Source: Ruditapes philippinarum (taxonomy: Eukaryota). Taken from it: a DNA stretch of 64,000 bases. This document shows, one piece after another, positions 11,791 through 24,805 of this stretch. The first letter of the stretch is position 1. Every line of letters starts with the position of its first letter. The stretch is taken from assembly GCF_026571515.1 (NCBI RefSeq), contig NW_026853658.1:1-64000 (forward strand). The letters run 5' to 3'. Both the position numbers and the translations under genes were made by a program. The notes under the pieces were generated by a model. That model saw only the letters and a program-made list of their open reading frames with translations, did no database searches and had not been told where the DNA came from.

Positions 11791-14456
11791 ATATGAACAA
11801 GAGCGAAACAACATGCGTATGGCACTTTGTAAATGAAAGCTTTCAATTAAGTATAATCATAAGTTATGTACGTTGTAGACGTAGTGAACAGGGATATATA
11901 ATCTACATGAGATAAATTTAGTTACGGATGTCGACCTCCAAGTCTGTATTTCCGTTATGCATATTTATATTAGCTTTAAGACAAAGTCTGTTAACAAAAT
12001 GTTTTTACAATGTCACATTTTTTATATTTTACAAAATTTATTCTTTAAGTTTTTTTAAATCGTAAAGAATCTTTTTTAACCCAATAAATGTTTTCATTTT
12101 CATACTTTGGTGTCTTTTTCAGTGTTAACGTTTCGCAAAAGTCATCACGTATATCTTAATGTCTCACCAGACAGTCTTCAAAATGATTAAAAAGATTTAT
12201 AAAAAAGAATGCTTTAATCTGCCAAACCTAGAATGAACGCTTCCTGCATTTTAATTTCTCTTTATCTTCGTTGTAGCTGCATATTCATCGAGGTAATTCA
12301 GTGAGTTTCGTGACAATATATTACATGATGCATTTCTATTGTTTTTTATTTGAAATGCACGATAGTGGAAAGTTATATTGTGACTATTCATTATCAGCAC
12401 AAAACCTCAACATTAAGGTTAAGAAATTGAGCAAATATCAAACTTTTTTTCTAGCATTCGTTATATTTGCTATGTCTAAAATAATAAACGATACAAATAA
12501 CTACACTATTCAATAAACTATTGTAAATAAAACATTTTCGTGTAGAATTCAATTTTCGTGACAAATTGAGCATATCAGATCTTTCCACGCTTTTTGTCTT
12601 AAGTAAAATATATCTCTAATTTAATAAAAAAAAGTTTAAAGGTAAGATAAAATCCCTCTGCTTACTAAAATAATGACATTGAACAGGTCTTTTACATAGA
12701 AATTATCAAAATCATATTAGGCAAGTCCCATGCATATTGAATTAGTATTGAATCTACACAAATATAGTATTTTATTTACATATCCAACATAAGAACGGTT
12801 TACATCTAACGTAGTCATTTTTCAGTGGCGCGCCTATCGCGCTATATTTGTATATAGCATTTTATTTAATGTTTTTTCATACGAAAGTGTGATTGTTTTT
12901 ATTAAAAGGGTTTATAACAATCCTGTGTCATGGTTAATGCGGCAAATATTGTTTAAATATATGATATAAGCATAAAATTTATTGAGAAAATCAATATTCT
13001 CACATAGAACAGCAAAATATATTATAATGAAAATCAATGTTTACTGTTCACAAATAGCATATTCAATTCATCGAACCACTTATCGTAAACGAAATTGCAA
13101 AATTTCCTTTGTTAAAAGCACTATTTACATAAAAATACTAAATTACGTCAAAAAACATAAAACATTTATAATGCTATTAAAAACATCATACACATTTTTT
13201 ACAAAAGCAAAATATACAGCAAAACAAACTATTTATCAAACATTTGATCTTTTGTAATATTAATACACAATTATAGCTGTCAACATATTAGCAAATTTAT
13301 GTAACTATATTTCTCTATCTTTTATATAAAAGATATCTAAATTATGGCAAAGAAAAACATTTCTGAATATTGATGAACAAGCTATATAGAAATAACTGAG
13401 TATCATTTGCTATATGGTTATTTGCTTTTGCTGTTTATGAATAGTCTTAAAATATAAGAAACTGGTAAAAAAGCATTTAATTCAAAAACAACAAAATGAA
13501 ATAACATGAAAATTGCAGACTCGGTTTCATTGAGCACACACATGAGGGATAATAAAAAAGTGCAACATCGATCATGTTTCCTAGCAAAGCACCGATTTTA
13601 GCGGTACTCAGTGTTAAACTTTAGAAAATGTTGGAATCAATGATCGCAAAGGATCACTGGTTATAAGAAAGAATATTAAATAGAGAAAATGACAGGTGCA
13701 ACATCTAACGCTAAAACAAAATTTATTTTTCAGTTCCTTATCCAAATTCATGAAGTAAAACAAAGCATCGAATAAACATCGACAACTGAAAAAAAGAAAA
13801 TGTTAAGTGTTTTTGAATTAGTTTAATTCAAATAAAACAATTATTCGTCATCAAACAAACAATCAATCAAAGCCTTCAAAAAGAGTGCCAGCTTTTTGCA
13901 TGGGAGTGTTTTCCGATGACTCTTGAAAAGTATACATGATGAAAGCATTTATATGTAATATGTCGTTATTGTTAGCATACAATAGTGACAACAGTTTATT
14001 TTATATAGTTACATACATAGAACTATAACGAGAAACATATTGTACCAAAAAGGCTCTAAACATTTTAAAATCTGAATGTTTCAACAAATGAATTGACGTT
14101 CTTAATAAAATAAAAGCCCTTTAAAAAACTATTAAAAACTGTTTTAAAAAACAGATTTACGGTATGGGAGTTGTCCTTCTTTTGATACAAAGTCATTTTG
14201 TTCTTTTAAAAGGGAAAATGTTAAATGTTCAAATTTCCCTGTGGAAGGGTTTGGGGAATCATAGGTTTTGATCAATATTTCTGCAATAGATTAATTTTAG
14301 GTTAACGGTTTTGTTTTTTTAATGTAGAATATTAAACTTCTTTTACGGTTGTACTTAAAATGCAACAAAACACATCAATGCAGTCCATTTGATATCGAAA
14401 CTAAATAACCTTATTATGTACATTATAAAAAGTTAGTTTTATCGTAGTTTACTTAC

Positions 14457-14978
14457 CTTGCAATGTGACTTTATTACTCATGGCGTCGTTGTTAGGTTTG
14501 ACACTGCTTCGCGTAGTATTTTTATGTGGTATTTGACTAGTGGATGACACCAATTCATTATGACTTGTTGATTTTGTGCCAAGAACTGTATTTGAAGTTT
14601 ACAATATGTTGAGAAAGAAGAAAATGGTTTCCCAAAACGAGTGATCAACAACATATTTCTATCGATATTAATTAAAGCAGTGTTGTTCAAAATAATTATA
14701 GTCAAACAACAATAAAAACGCATAATACGCTTTCAGACAAAAATAGCTCAACTTCTATGGTTTCTTTGTTAAAGCATACGTCATCATCAAATGTAAAAAC
14801 GTTTAGGGGGCGTCAATGACCGAGTTGCTACTGTTATTGTATTAAAATCATTTGCAACTCGCTGCTGTTTGCCAGGAACTTTGGTTTGTGTTATATATGA
14901 GAAAGCTGTCCAAGAAAACTGAGAGAACGTTGGTGGTTTTACCCTTTGCCATTTAAAAATGATTTTGAGGTATTTCCC
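14457..14978 (-). pseudogene. Minus-strand exon remnants: decayed CTLD-like exon and open Ser/Thr stalk exon
   Basis: 14457-14585 is an open 129-nt phase 1-1 exon (tacag|...caag|gtaag) encoding LGTKSTSHNELVSSTSQIPHKNTTRSSVKP.... ~14730-14978 follows a strong acceptor (ttttctatag) and gives SWTAF..., DDDVC and SYFCLK across frameshifts. Confidence 0.5.
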
Positions 14979-15294
14979 TATAGAAAAGAACTTACAGACA
15001 GAAATTAAAATATTAAATAGTGTAAGGAGTACATGTTGAGAGTTCATAAACAACAAGACAATTTTCAATATAGGTCTGCATGTACACAATTATATTTTCA
15101 TTATGAAAATATAAACACAATTTAAGTAATGGAACATAGGGGTTCGAATTTAAATAAATAACAGAGATGCCAATATGCGATTGAACAAGTATACAATTAT
15201 ACAAGTAAGTTATCTAAGTACGTCAGTCTTACTTAATTAAAAGTCTTATCTTATTTAAATCAGAACAGATTAACTGTATGTCATTTGCACTTTT

Positions 15295-16295
15295 TCATAT
15301 GTTGGAGTGTCTGTGGGAATTTCGGTTACTGTTATTAGTGTCGTCGCAAGCGTTATTATCATTGTGATATTAAAGAGACGGTAGTATACTTTTATAATTA
15401 CATTGATGTTGGAAGTACTTATATTTCTATAAACTGTTATATTCTCAAAAGTTTCATTTAAGTTTACATCTCTTTTTTTCGTTTTGGTTAAAACCATTAT
15501 AATTTTAATTTCTTTCAACGCAAACATGTCATCAAATCCAATTTGAAATGCGATGTTTGTCTATTTTTAAAATCTCTTAACACAAGCTCTTAAATAAGTG
15601 TGTGTAGTTTTAAATATGGAGAACATTTCACATAAGCAAAACCAAAATAGTTATAAAATAGAAAACATGCTTTTTGTAAAAAATACTTTGTTGCTTTTTT
15701 CAGGAGGAAAATTCAAATGAAGTGTTTCAGAAAACCCGAATCTAAATGTTCTGCATATATTTCCAAGGAATTACATCCCAACTTTAAAAATGATAAGCAT
15801 GCCTACGAAATGTCTTTATGTTCTCCTTATGATCAAATTGATGATTTAGGACTCCCATCAGAACGTTGCTCTGATCATGAACGAACTGATAATGTCATAA
15901 GCGGACACACCTACCTTATCTTTGAAAAACATACATGGGAATCAAAGACCGATGATAACATTGAAAAAAATACGAAAACAGAAACAAGCAATGTTTATAA
16001 CACACTGAACTCAAATGGAAACAACAATGGGAGTAATGAATCTGGAAAAACGTACGATACAACTGAGAAAGTAGCCATGAAAACGAAAGCTCAGCACGAT
16101 AAGAATATAGGTGACGATGCGACAGAAAACACATATATTCATACGGGTAGTAGACTAGTTAAGAAAGTCAAAAGTGACAACGTATACGGTGTTCTTAACA
16201 ATGTTGAAGGTGAAAACGATGATGTTGATACAAGAAATAAAAAGTGCCAGTTTAATGGAGGAGACACGTACAGTCATACCATGAAGAAATATTGA
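15295..16295 (+). pseudogene. Receptor B: orphan TM exon (acceptor lost) plus intact Tyr-rich cytoplasmic exon
   Basis: TM VGVSVGISVTVISVVASVIIIVILKRR ends at a phase-2 donor (15380/15381). The terminal exon 15704-16295 is homologous to the D/E/F tails (SPYDQI, HTYLIFE, NVYNTL, TYDTTEK, DNVYG, DTYSH). There is no usable acceptor for the TM exon: the nearest AGs are followed by an in-frame TAA at 15271. Confidence 0.75.
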
Positions 16296-16776
16296 ACGAT
16301 TGTAGTGAAATACTACGACTACGACTAATTCAAACTTAAAGTCTGACAAAATAACATGTAATAATTGTGTATCTATTTTCTTTTGATATACTTTTAATGA
16401 TCAAATGGTTTTTGATTCAATAATATTTAATCGATTGCATATTTGATGTGTAATAAGATTGTTACGTTTTATGCATTTGTTTTGCGTATACATCAACTGG
16501 TACTTTTGAAGTATTTCTACAGGCACCTAATTTTCTTAATATAAATGATATTTATCAAAATAAATTCAATATTCGGATTAAATCTTGTGTATCGTAGATA
16601 TAATTAATAGATATACCTTTGAAATGAGGTGGATCCATATGACATTGACAATATCTAATACAAGGAAACTAATAATGTAACAAATGTTTCAAATGTAGCA
16701 ACGACCATAACGATTCTGCTGTAACAATTGTTTATTAATTCGAATCTTTAAATTTTAAAGATGGTTTTTTTGTTAT

Positions 16777-17060
16777 ATTGTTATTTTATATAAAATATCT
16801 TAAAAACTATTAAACTTTGTTTGATTGTTATTTTATGCCTAAAATATTTAAAATTGTTGGCTAACCTTTATTGTTGTTTATATCTAAAATCTTTAAGATT
16901 GTTTGTGTTGCTGTTATTGTATAATTGTATAAATCTTTAAAATTGTTTGTTTTATTGTTATTTTATATCTAAAATTTTAAAAATTGTTTTATTGTTATTG
17001 TATACATAAAAAATCTTATGAATTGTTTATTTTATTGTTATTGTACATGTATATCTAAAT
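16777..17060. repeat. AT-rich minisatellite, ~40-bp unit, ~7 degenerate copies
   Basis: Repeated attgttattttatatctaaaatctttaaaattgttt. Confidence 0.8.
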
Positions 17061-18756
17061 CTAAAAGGTATCTGAAAACCAATAAGACATATGAAAAATG
17101 TGAACAATTCCATCCAATATTGGATTTAATACAAAGGTGATCACGATATTTAGAAATTTTATTGTCTAAATGTACAGTTCCCAAGCAATTTCATGACATA
17201 TCTAAATTTAGATAAAAATTTCATTTTCATGCTTCTAATGCAACTTGCAGATCAATGCTGTGGTTACTTAAAGGTATGTTATCAAAGCAAAATAAAGCTT
17301 TTCACTTCATGTAATCAATTTACAAAAAAAAAATATATATATATATAAATGAATGGGCTTTTTTATATATAATCTATTCCTTTGAATCTAAGTAAATATC
17401 AAGTGACGATTATAATACATAATATTAAATAAACAAAAATAGTTCGTTTATAAGTTCATACCGAAATTGCTAATATGCTGACTTAAACGATATGTACAAG
17501 GACATGTAACAACCTTGTCTTAGTTACTTCATTTGAATGCAATTGGATCACAATCTAATGCTTTGTTAAATGCAATGCATCAATTGTATTATGTTATATA
17601 GAAAAACAACTCAAATTGAACTTTATGTGACTGTTTCTGACTTATTTTATAATAACACAAAACATTAAAGACAAGTATGGCCGCGCCATGAAAAGACAGT
17701 TGCACTTATGAACTATTCCAGATGAACATACTCAATCAAACAATTTCTGCAATTTTCATTTTATATTGTTGTATTCATTATTTTTATAGGATCCCTGTTT
17801 TCGGATTGTTTTCCATCAGTAACGTATTTTATAATAGCAGTTGTTGATATTGACTGAGGTTCCTCATTCTATGTAGGGAGACACAGACACACTGTTTGTT
17901 TCTTCGTTTTGAATTTTTCATTTATTATCCTATTAATGTGCTGCAAATGAATACACTAGGCAGTCGAACACACAACTTTCCTCCTTATCTTATTAAGAAT
18001 AAAATAGTGGTTTCCTAACTTGACCCGCGTTGGTCAGGTTAGAGCGTTAATATTTAACAATAGTTGTCACGGTGAACTCTGGAAACGTTATATAACATGT
18101 AAAATGAATGGCTTAGACTTGTTTCAATCGTGCAATATCCATGTGTTGTTATTTGTAAATTTAAGGATTTGTTCAATTCACATAACTTGTTTTAAATTTA
18201 CTCAGTGATTCTGTCGGCGCCTGGATCTCGTTCAACATATATAAATATATATACGCTTCCAACCAAACATATATAGAATTTATACAGACATGTATTATTG
18301 GACTTGAGTACATAAGATTATTTTAATATTTTTGTCATTAATTTTAATTTTAAAAGTATCCTTTTATCAAGTATGGAAAGTATTGTTTTAGTTATCCAAG
18401 AACAGTACGTGTTATTATAAGATGCATTTTTCCTAAAAGGCTTTCCTTAAAATGTTTTAGGTGTATTTATTTGATCAAAGTTGCTGATATGACACACTTT
18501 TCTTGCATATTAGACTGGCGTTTCCGTTAGTATTACCCATGCCGGAAATTTCATCTGGCATAGGGGATGACAGATGAGTCGCGTGCTGTACAATGTCACG
18601 CTTTTAGGATGACGTAATTTTACCGTTATGAATGAAGTTGTAATTTCATACGCTGTTGTACGAAAATAGTTTCGGTTGTAATGCCATAAATTCCCATTGA
18701 AAATTAAGATAAAGAATTCAAAATATAATGTTAAATAGTAAAATATGCAAGAAAAA

Positions 18757-18903
18757 ATATCTGACATATGTTTGCGGTTCGGATCGGAATATCCGTCCCT
18801 CGGTAACCCGCCCATGTGCGGTAACTCGACAGCCTCGTTACCGCCCAATGGGCGGGTCACCTTGGGACGGATATTCCGATCCGAACTGCATATATGACAG
18901 ATA
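18757..18903. repeat. Long GC-rich imperfect palindrome (hairpin repeat element)
   Basis: atctgacatatg..gcggttcggatcggaatatccgtccctcggtaacccgccca pairs with tgggcgggtcaccttgggacggatattccgatccgaactgc..atatgacagat. Confidence 0.85.
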
Positions 18904-21087
18904 TTATTATTATTTTCTAAGGTTTTAATCTAAAATTATCAATATAAAATACCTACTGGTAAAAGTGTTTGGAAGTAACGTAAAGATAAAGTCACATATT
19001 GAGTTTAAAAATGTGACATTTCAATTTTAAGCATTTCTAATGCCCATCTGTGCATGCATTCAAAAATATGTGTACTGATATAGTACTACATGGAACTTAT
19101 GACACACTTTAAAAGTTTGCTTATATGAAAAATATCATTAAAGTGATTTGTGAAACAAATGTCTCAACTATGCATCTTTACCTTTAACTTGTATACATCA
19201 CAGTGTCATCAGAACACTTTCAAGATCGGGCATACCCATTGGCTCTGGTGTGTTGATAAAATCTGTAACATAGAAATTACTTCAAGTTAGAAAGGATTAG
19301 AATCTTACTTTCATATTTACGTGAAACAAGGTTCTATAGAATACACAGATGTTTTTATTGTTACATGTATTTGCTTAAATTTGATTTTAAAAGTGATAAA
19401 ATTATACTATATTAAACTTAGGTGTGCATTCCGAAAGAAATACTAATATATCGCTGTGAATTAATCTTATACACGTAATGCACTTTTTCAAATTCGCGCA
19501 GGTGCTATTGTATGCATAAAAGATTTTCTTTTAAATTATGGTTCAACTGTGCATGTTCACCTTGAACTTATACACATCGCCAATCATGAACCATAACTAG
19601 AAATTACGTTTGTTTATTGATAAATTTTTCATGTCACCTTTTCATGTATAAATTTCTTCTATGTCTATTAAAAACTGAAAATAATTTCAGATATATTGAA
19701 TTATGCATACGACGCTCTATTTCATCCATGTTTAATATTCACTTAAACTAGTAAAAGATAATGTTTGATATTTGTGTTACATATGTAAAAATATTACAAA
19801 TGTAAGCACAGGAAAGCAAACTTACTCATTCAGTGTACATATAGTTTACTGGATTTTTTTTATTTTCAAAATCAATGAAGACTACCTCAAAGCGGTACCC
19901 CTGAAATAATAATAACATTACATACTTTATATATGTAAAGCAATTTTAAAAAAACTATTAAAAAATACAACCAAAAAACAACCTTGAATACACATTTAAC
20001 AATAAAACATGATAAAAGTATTCAGAAATTATTTAAGGTAATTCGTCATAATTAAAGTGATAATGGCGTTCCATAGTTTAAAAATACTGTCGAAATTAAC
20101 TTGTTTTAAATACACATTTTTAGGCCGTTTTTGAATGTTTACTAAGACAGGAGTTAATCAGAGTTGTAATTTATATAAATTAAACTGTTTTCCATGAAAA
20201 GTATAATACAGATCGCTTGAAACACCTGTTGACCTTCAACGGATAACGAACTGGTAAAGCAAGTAATAATTTTCAACAAATACTCATAATAAACTTACGA
20301 CCCCAGATTAATAATTGCTATTATGATCTGTCATATTTTAAGGAAAATATACCAACCCACTTTACAATGTACTTTACTGACATTTATTTTGTTTACACTG
20401 ATTTTGTTGTTGTTGTCGCCATTATGCAGTCGCTATTCTGAGTATCGGAGACGCTTTGTTCGCCTATGGAAGACCGTTGTCGTCAGAAAAAAATCACAAA
20501 AAATAACGCGCTAAAAACCCGTTTTTTTTCTATGTTGCGCAACTTAGATTTTGCTAGACTTTTGATATGATTCATGTTATTCCATATACTTTCTATACCA
20601 GGTAAAATATTTTCTGTTGCAATTTGTTTGAGGTCGATTTACAGACTGACTGGACTATATTTGAAACAATTCGAACGTCTTCCCAACTAAAGGTCCGGAC
20701 CGTCGATATTATCTAAGCCGGTCAAAACAGTACCCAGGTAATTGTAAATTGATAATTATTACGTATGATAAATGTTTTAATTCTGGGCTTCTCCCTGCAG
20801 TGATTTTTGTATCATAATATTCAACAGATTTACCTTGCAAAATACCAAATTTTAGACATGTTCACTGAATATTATTCAGTCCCCCGAGCTATGTAAATGT
20901 TATTGATATCGATTAAAATAATATGTCTTTTTATATACAAAGTTTAATAAATCAAGAATCAATACATTCAAATCAAGCTACTTCACCGATATAAGTACAT
21001 ACACATATAGCAAAGGCCAAAAATATACGCAGATATGTTATAAATATATACCTCAACTTTTGCTAAACACAATAAGATATAGAGGAT

Positions 21088-22245
21088 ATTTGTTTGTTTG
21101 TGTGTAAGATGAAATTTTATTTCATCGAGTGAGCTTTAAAAACAGTATTCTCACGAGTGGCGTAGCCACGAGTGAGAATACTGTTTTTAAAGTTCACGAG
21201 ATGAAATAAAATTACATCTTACACAACAAACAGACAAATTTTCTTTTTATTTTATGCTTAAAAACAAGTTAAAACGAAATTTCCATAATTTTAACGTTAA
21301 TATTAAAATCTGTTTCCCCCATTGAGAGCCCCATTTAGACGGAATTTCTCATTTAAAACAAGAAGTCTTGAGCTGAAAAATAAGTCCGCCAATCAAGGTT
21401 AAATGACGGTGATATTTATTCATTTTATTAAAAAAATATGAATGATCGCTTGTTTTAATCATAAAAACAAACAATTCTTGCAGGAGAAAATTCCAACCAT
21501 CCATCCATATTTCTGTTACTTACTGCGAATTTATATTAGACCTGGCTTTCTAAAATGTAAACGGCAGCCATTTTTTAAAGTTGTGTATTTCATGGGAGGA
21601 AAATAATTGTGTAAGATTCAGAAGGATATAATTTGGATTTGTTAGTCATACACCTTTTTAAAAGAAAGAAAACTTATTTGAGGATTGTAACAGACAAAAA
21701 ATAAGTGTTGACAGAAGTGAAAACATTCAGAAAAGGAGCTAGAAAAATGGAAAAATTGGAAGCTTGCTGAAGGAACGCTGGGTTGTTTTAACTTATTTTA
21801 CGAGTGATGGCTGTCAATGCTTTTCAATTTTTCATAAAGCATACGGCAGTTATTGCTCGTAGGATACTTTAATATGCCCAAATGTCATCAAGAGCCCGTT
21901 TTGCATGGGGAAGGAATGTATTTTTCAGACTGTAAAAACGAAACAAAAAAAATTTAGAGACAAAATTTGGTGATTGGAATTTGAAGGAATAGAAGTAAGT
22001 TTTCTCTCTGTGTTACTTTTGACATTTAAGTTATTTATCTATTTCAGCTTTGCTATTTCTTTTAACAGCCTGACATTGTCAGAATTGTCGGTAAAAATAA
22101 AATTGAGGTACCACATGGGGAAAATCTTAAAAAGTAGTTTAGTCATTGAAAAAAGTGAAATTATATTTTGATAATTTTCACTGTGAAATTATCAAATATA
22201 ATTTTCACGGATAAATCAGTAATCCACTGAAAAGCATAAAATAAA
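21088..22245. mobile_element. Hairpin-headed non-autonomous element (possibly Crypton-like)
   Basis: ~150-bp near-perfect palindrome at 21088-21240 centred on gtggcgtagccac, followed by ttttattttatgctt (~21245) whose inverted copy aagcataaaataaaa is at ~22232-22246. The family assignment is inference. Confidence 0.6.
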
Positions 22246-22269
22246 AATTTTATATCACCACAAGTGTAG

Positions 22270-22495
22270 CGTATAAGACAGATCAGCGATACATAGACGA
22301 CATCTTAGACAACCAGGCTCTGTTGTATGCTGGATCATTCGGCAATTAGTTCATTTTAATGGACGGTAATGCTCGCCCCAATATGACCAGGGTGATCCAT
22401 GACTACCTAGAAAAGGAGTCTATTGAGCGCATTGATTGGCCAGCTCGCATACCTGACTAAAATCCAATAGAACTCATGTGGAATGAGCGTCAACA
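22270..22495 (+). pseudogene. Tc1/mariner transposase fragment
   Basis: Translates to RYIDDIL...FILMDGNARPN...IDWPARIPD*NPIELMW, a degenerate QDNA.PH / WP..SPDLNPIE.W motif of DD34E transposases. Confidence 0.85.
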
Positions 22496-24659
22496 AAAAT
22501 CCAATTAAACAAAATTTTGAAAACACGCTGCATGTTCTGAAATCTTCAAAGAGAGGGTCAATCCTTTTTTCTGTAAAACTCATTTATATGGTTAAATTCG
22601 TCCTGCAAGTGAATTGATAAAACAGTAAATCAACATTTAAAACATCTTGCACGGCGTTAATAAAATTATCCCAAAAATATTCTCACTCAAACATATGGTG
22701 CTTAGCAAAAGTTGAGTAGTATAACTGCATATTTTAAATGATAAACAATAATCTAAGCATGGTGACGATAAATCATACAGTAAAATGACAGAGTTGACAA
22801 CCTTTAATAAGTATCCCAGTAGAAGCAGACAAAGTACTTTGGTTTATTGTACATGATAACGAGAATATTTATATACATTCATATTGTGTTTTTTGACATC
22901 AATAGTAGATAAGTGAAATTCTACGAAAAACAAACTCGATCAATCTATTAAAAAACATTTCTTATTTTGAAGAGTTGCAAAACTATCAAAGCCGATGTAT
23001 TGTGTTTAATAAAGCACATAGTAAAACGTCATAATTTAACAGTAATGAGCAACATTTTCAATTAAGAATTGCTTATTTAAAATTCTAGAGCAAACTATGT
23101 TAAAACTTTAGGCTATCAACGCCATTTCATGTAAACTATTTAGACTTATCAATTTTGACTGAAACTTATTTGCATAAGCCTAAAATACGTACAAACTGAA
23201 CTTGTTAATCTTTTTTTGTTTATTTAATTATTTAACTTATTTTTATTTTTGTATTTTTTGTGAATTTTGGAATTAAATTTCAACGAGTTGGCCCTGCAAA
23301 CAGTAATCTCGCAAATTATACCACAAACAAACAAAAGTTCTGTTGTTATATATTTGTTTTTTTTTTTTCAAATACATAACTGAAGAATACAATTAAATTA
23401 AATAATTCTAAATAATTGCGAAATACGAGCAAACATAAGATTACGGATCTATAGTGCAAGAAATTCCAGACTGTAAATTTACAGCTTATACAATTTGCAC
23501 AAAATAAGGAATGTACTTAAGCAAAATGCTTGTCTCTAGGAAATATTCCACAGTGTCACTAAACATATCATTTAACCTCTTTTACACTTATACAAATCAT
23601 GGATGTTGACATTGTTATGTTGTTGCTCGATGACTGCATTTTCAGGAATAACTACCAAATAAAGATTTGAGTTAACCAAATTTTACGTTACGGTACATGT
23701 AAAAACACACTAATATTGTTTTGTTTCAGACTGCCTTGCAATTTTTGAGTTCTGATTTCTCGTAAAAGAACCATCATGTTATTGACTTTATCCCGTTGTT
23801 TTACTATCGTTCTAAAAAATGCATAGTTTGTCGATGAACGTTATTTATACATAATTAAAAAGATCTAGGTCTGATAATAAATTTTATTACTGGTGACTGA
23901 TTTTTTTCTTGGCTACTCAGACTACCACTGGCCGTACATCATATTCGGAAAGTTTTAAGTAAACATGTATGTTACTCAACATAAATTGTGATACCTAATA
24001 CTCATTAAATTTAGAATTATAAAATGTCTATTTAACGAAATACGTAAAACTGTTACCTTTTAAACATAACGATAGATAACTATGATGGCAGTCGCTCCAC
24101 CAGAGTCTATAATTACTTTCAAAAATTAAGCACTCTTCATTGTCCTTATTTCTTCCTACATTCATTTCTGAAATTCAAACAAACCTCAGAAAAAATGTAG
24201 TAGACGTTTGATATAATAATATCCAAATATTATTCAAAAAATTACAAAGATCGACATAAGACATTCAGCAGGACAGTGGAATTTACCCAATTTCCTGCTG
24301 GCAAGTCATTTTGCAGGACATTAATATTTTACCGAATGATCTGCTAGTAGGACATTCGGCAGAAGTGGATGATTGTTTGCACTGACAGTACCGACGATCA
24401 ACAGGCTCAATCAAAACGAGCCTTTTGTTGTTTTGGACTTCCTTTAGGGATTTTTATTTTCTCTATTTAACAGAATATCCTGCTTACTTTTGAATGTTCA
24501 TAATCATTAATACAACTTATAGTCATATTATGACTATACGTTACAACACTCAAAATAAAAAGAAATACTAAGGTGAAATGTTATACCAAAGAGCACATTC
24601 CTAACAAATAAGCAGTCACATAATATACATACATGTAATGCAGAACATAAAAACTTTTG

Positions 24660-24805
24660 ATGTTTGTTAGTTTGTTTCATTTCACGCCCTTTTTCCAACA
24701 GTATATCAGTCATATAGCGGGTAGTTTCCCAACCATCGTTCCTGGAGAGTTACACCAGTACTAGACTACCTTATTCCGCGCTAAATTAACACAACATCTC
24801 CCGGG
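24660..24805 (-). mobile_element. SINE fragment (Meta-SINE-like)
   Basis: Microsatellite-like tail plus cagtcatatagcgg...gttcctgg...accagtactag core. A similar core occurs at ~34990-35060. Family recalled from memory, not searched. Confidence 0.45.

Noticed and set aside
14984-15019. Possible plus-strand mini-stalk exon for B
   Set aside because: The donor is weak, and the region overlaps the pyrimidine tract of the minus-strand exon remnant.
18510-18928. Overlapping ORFs both containing DGYSDPN
   Set aside because: An artefact of the palindrome reading similarly on both strands.
16617-19900. Possible minus-strand exons at ~19825-19900, ~19181-19262 and ~16617-16718 with plausible splice sites
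   Set aside because: They contain stops and have only faint resemblance to family exons. They could be further decayed pieces of C but cannot be supported without an alignment.
24285-24480. Cys-containing minus-strand reading frame between C exons 4 and 5
   Set aside because: There is a stop in the required phase and no homology to family exons. Repeated gcaggac/cctgc motifs suggest a small repeat element.
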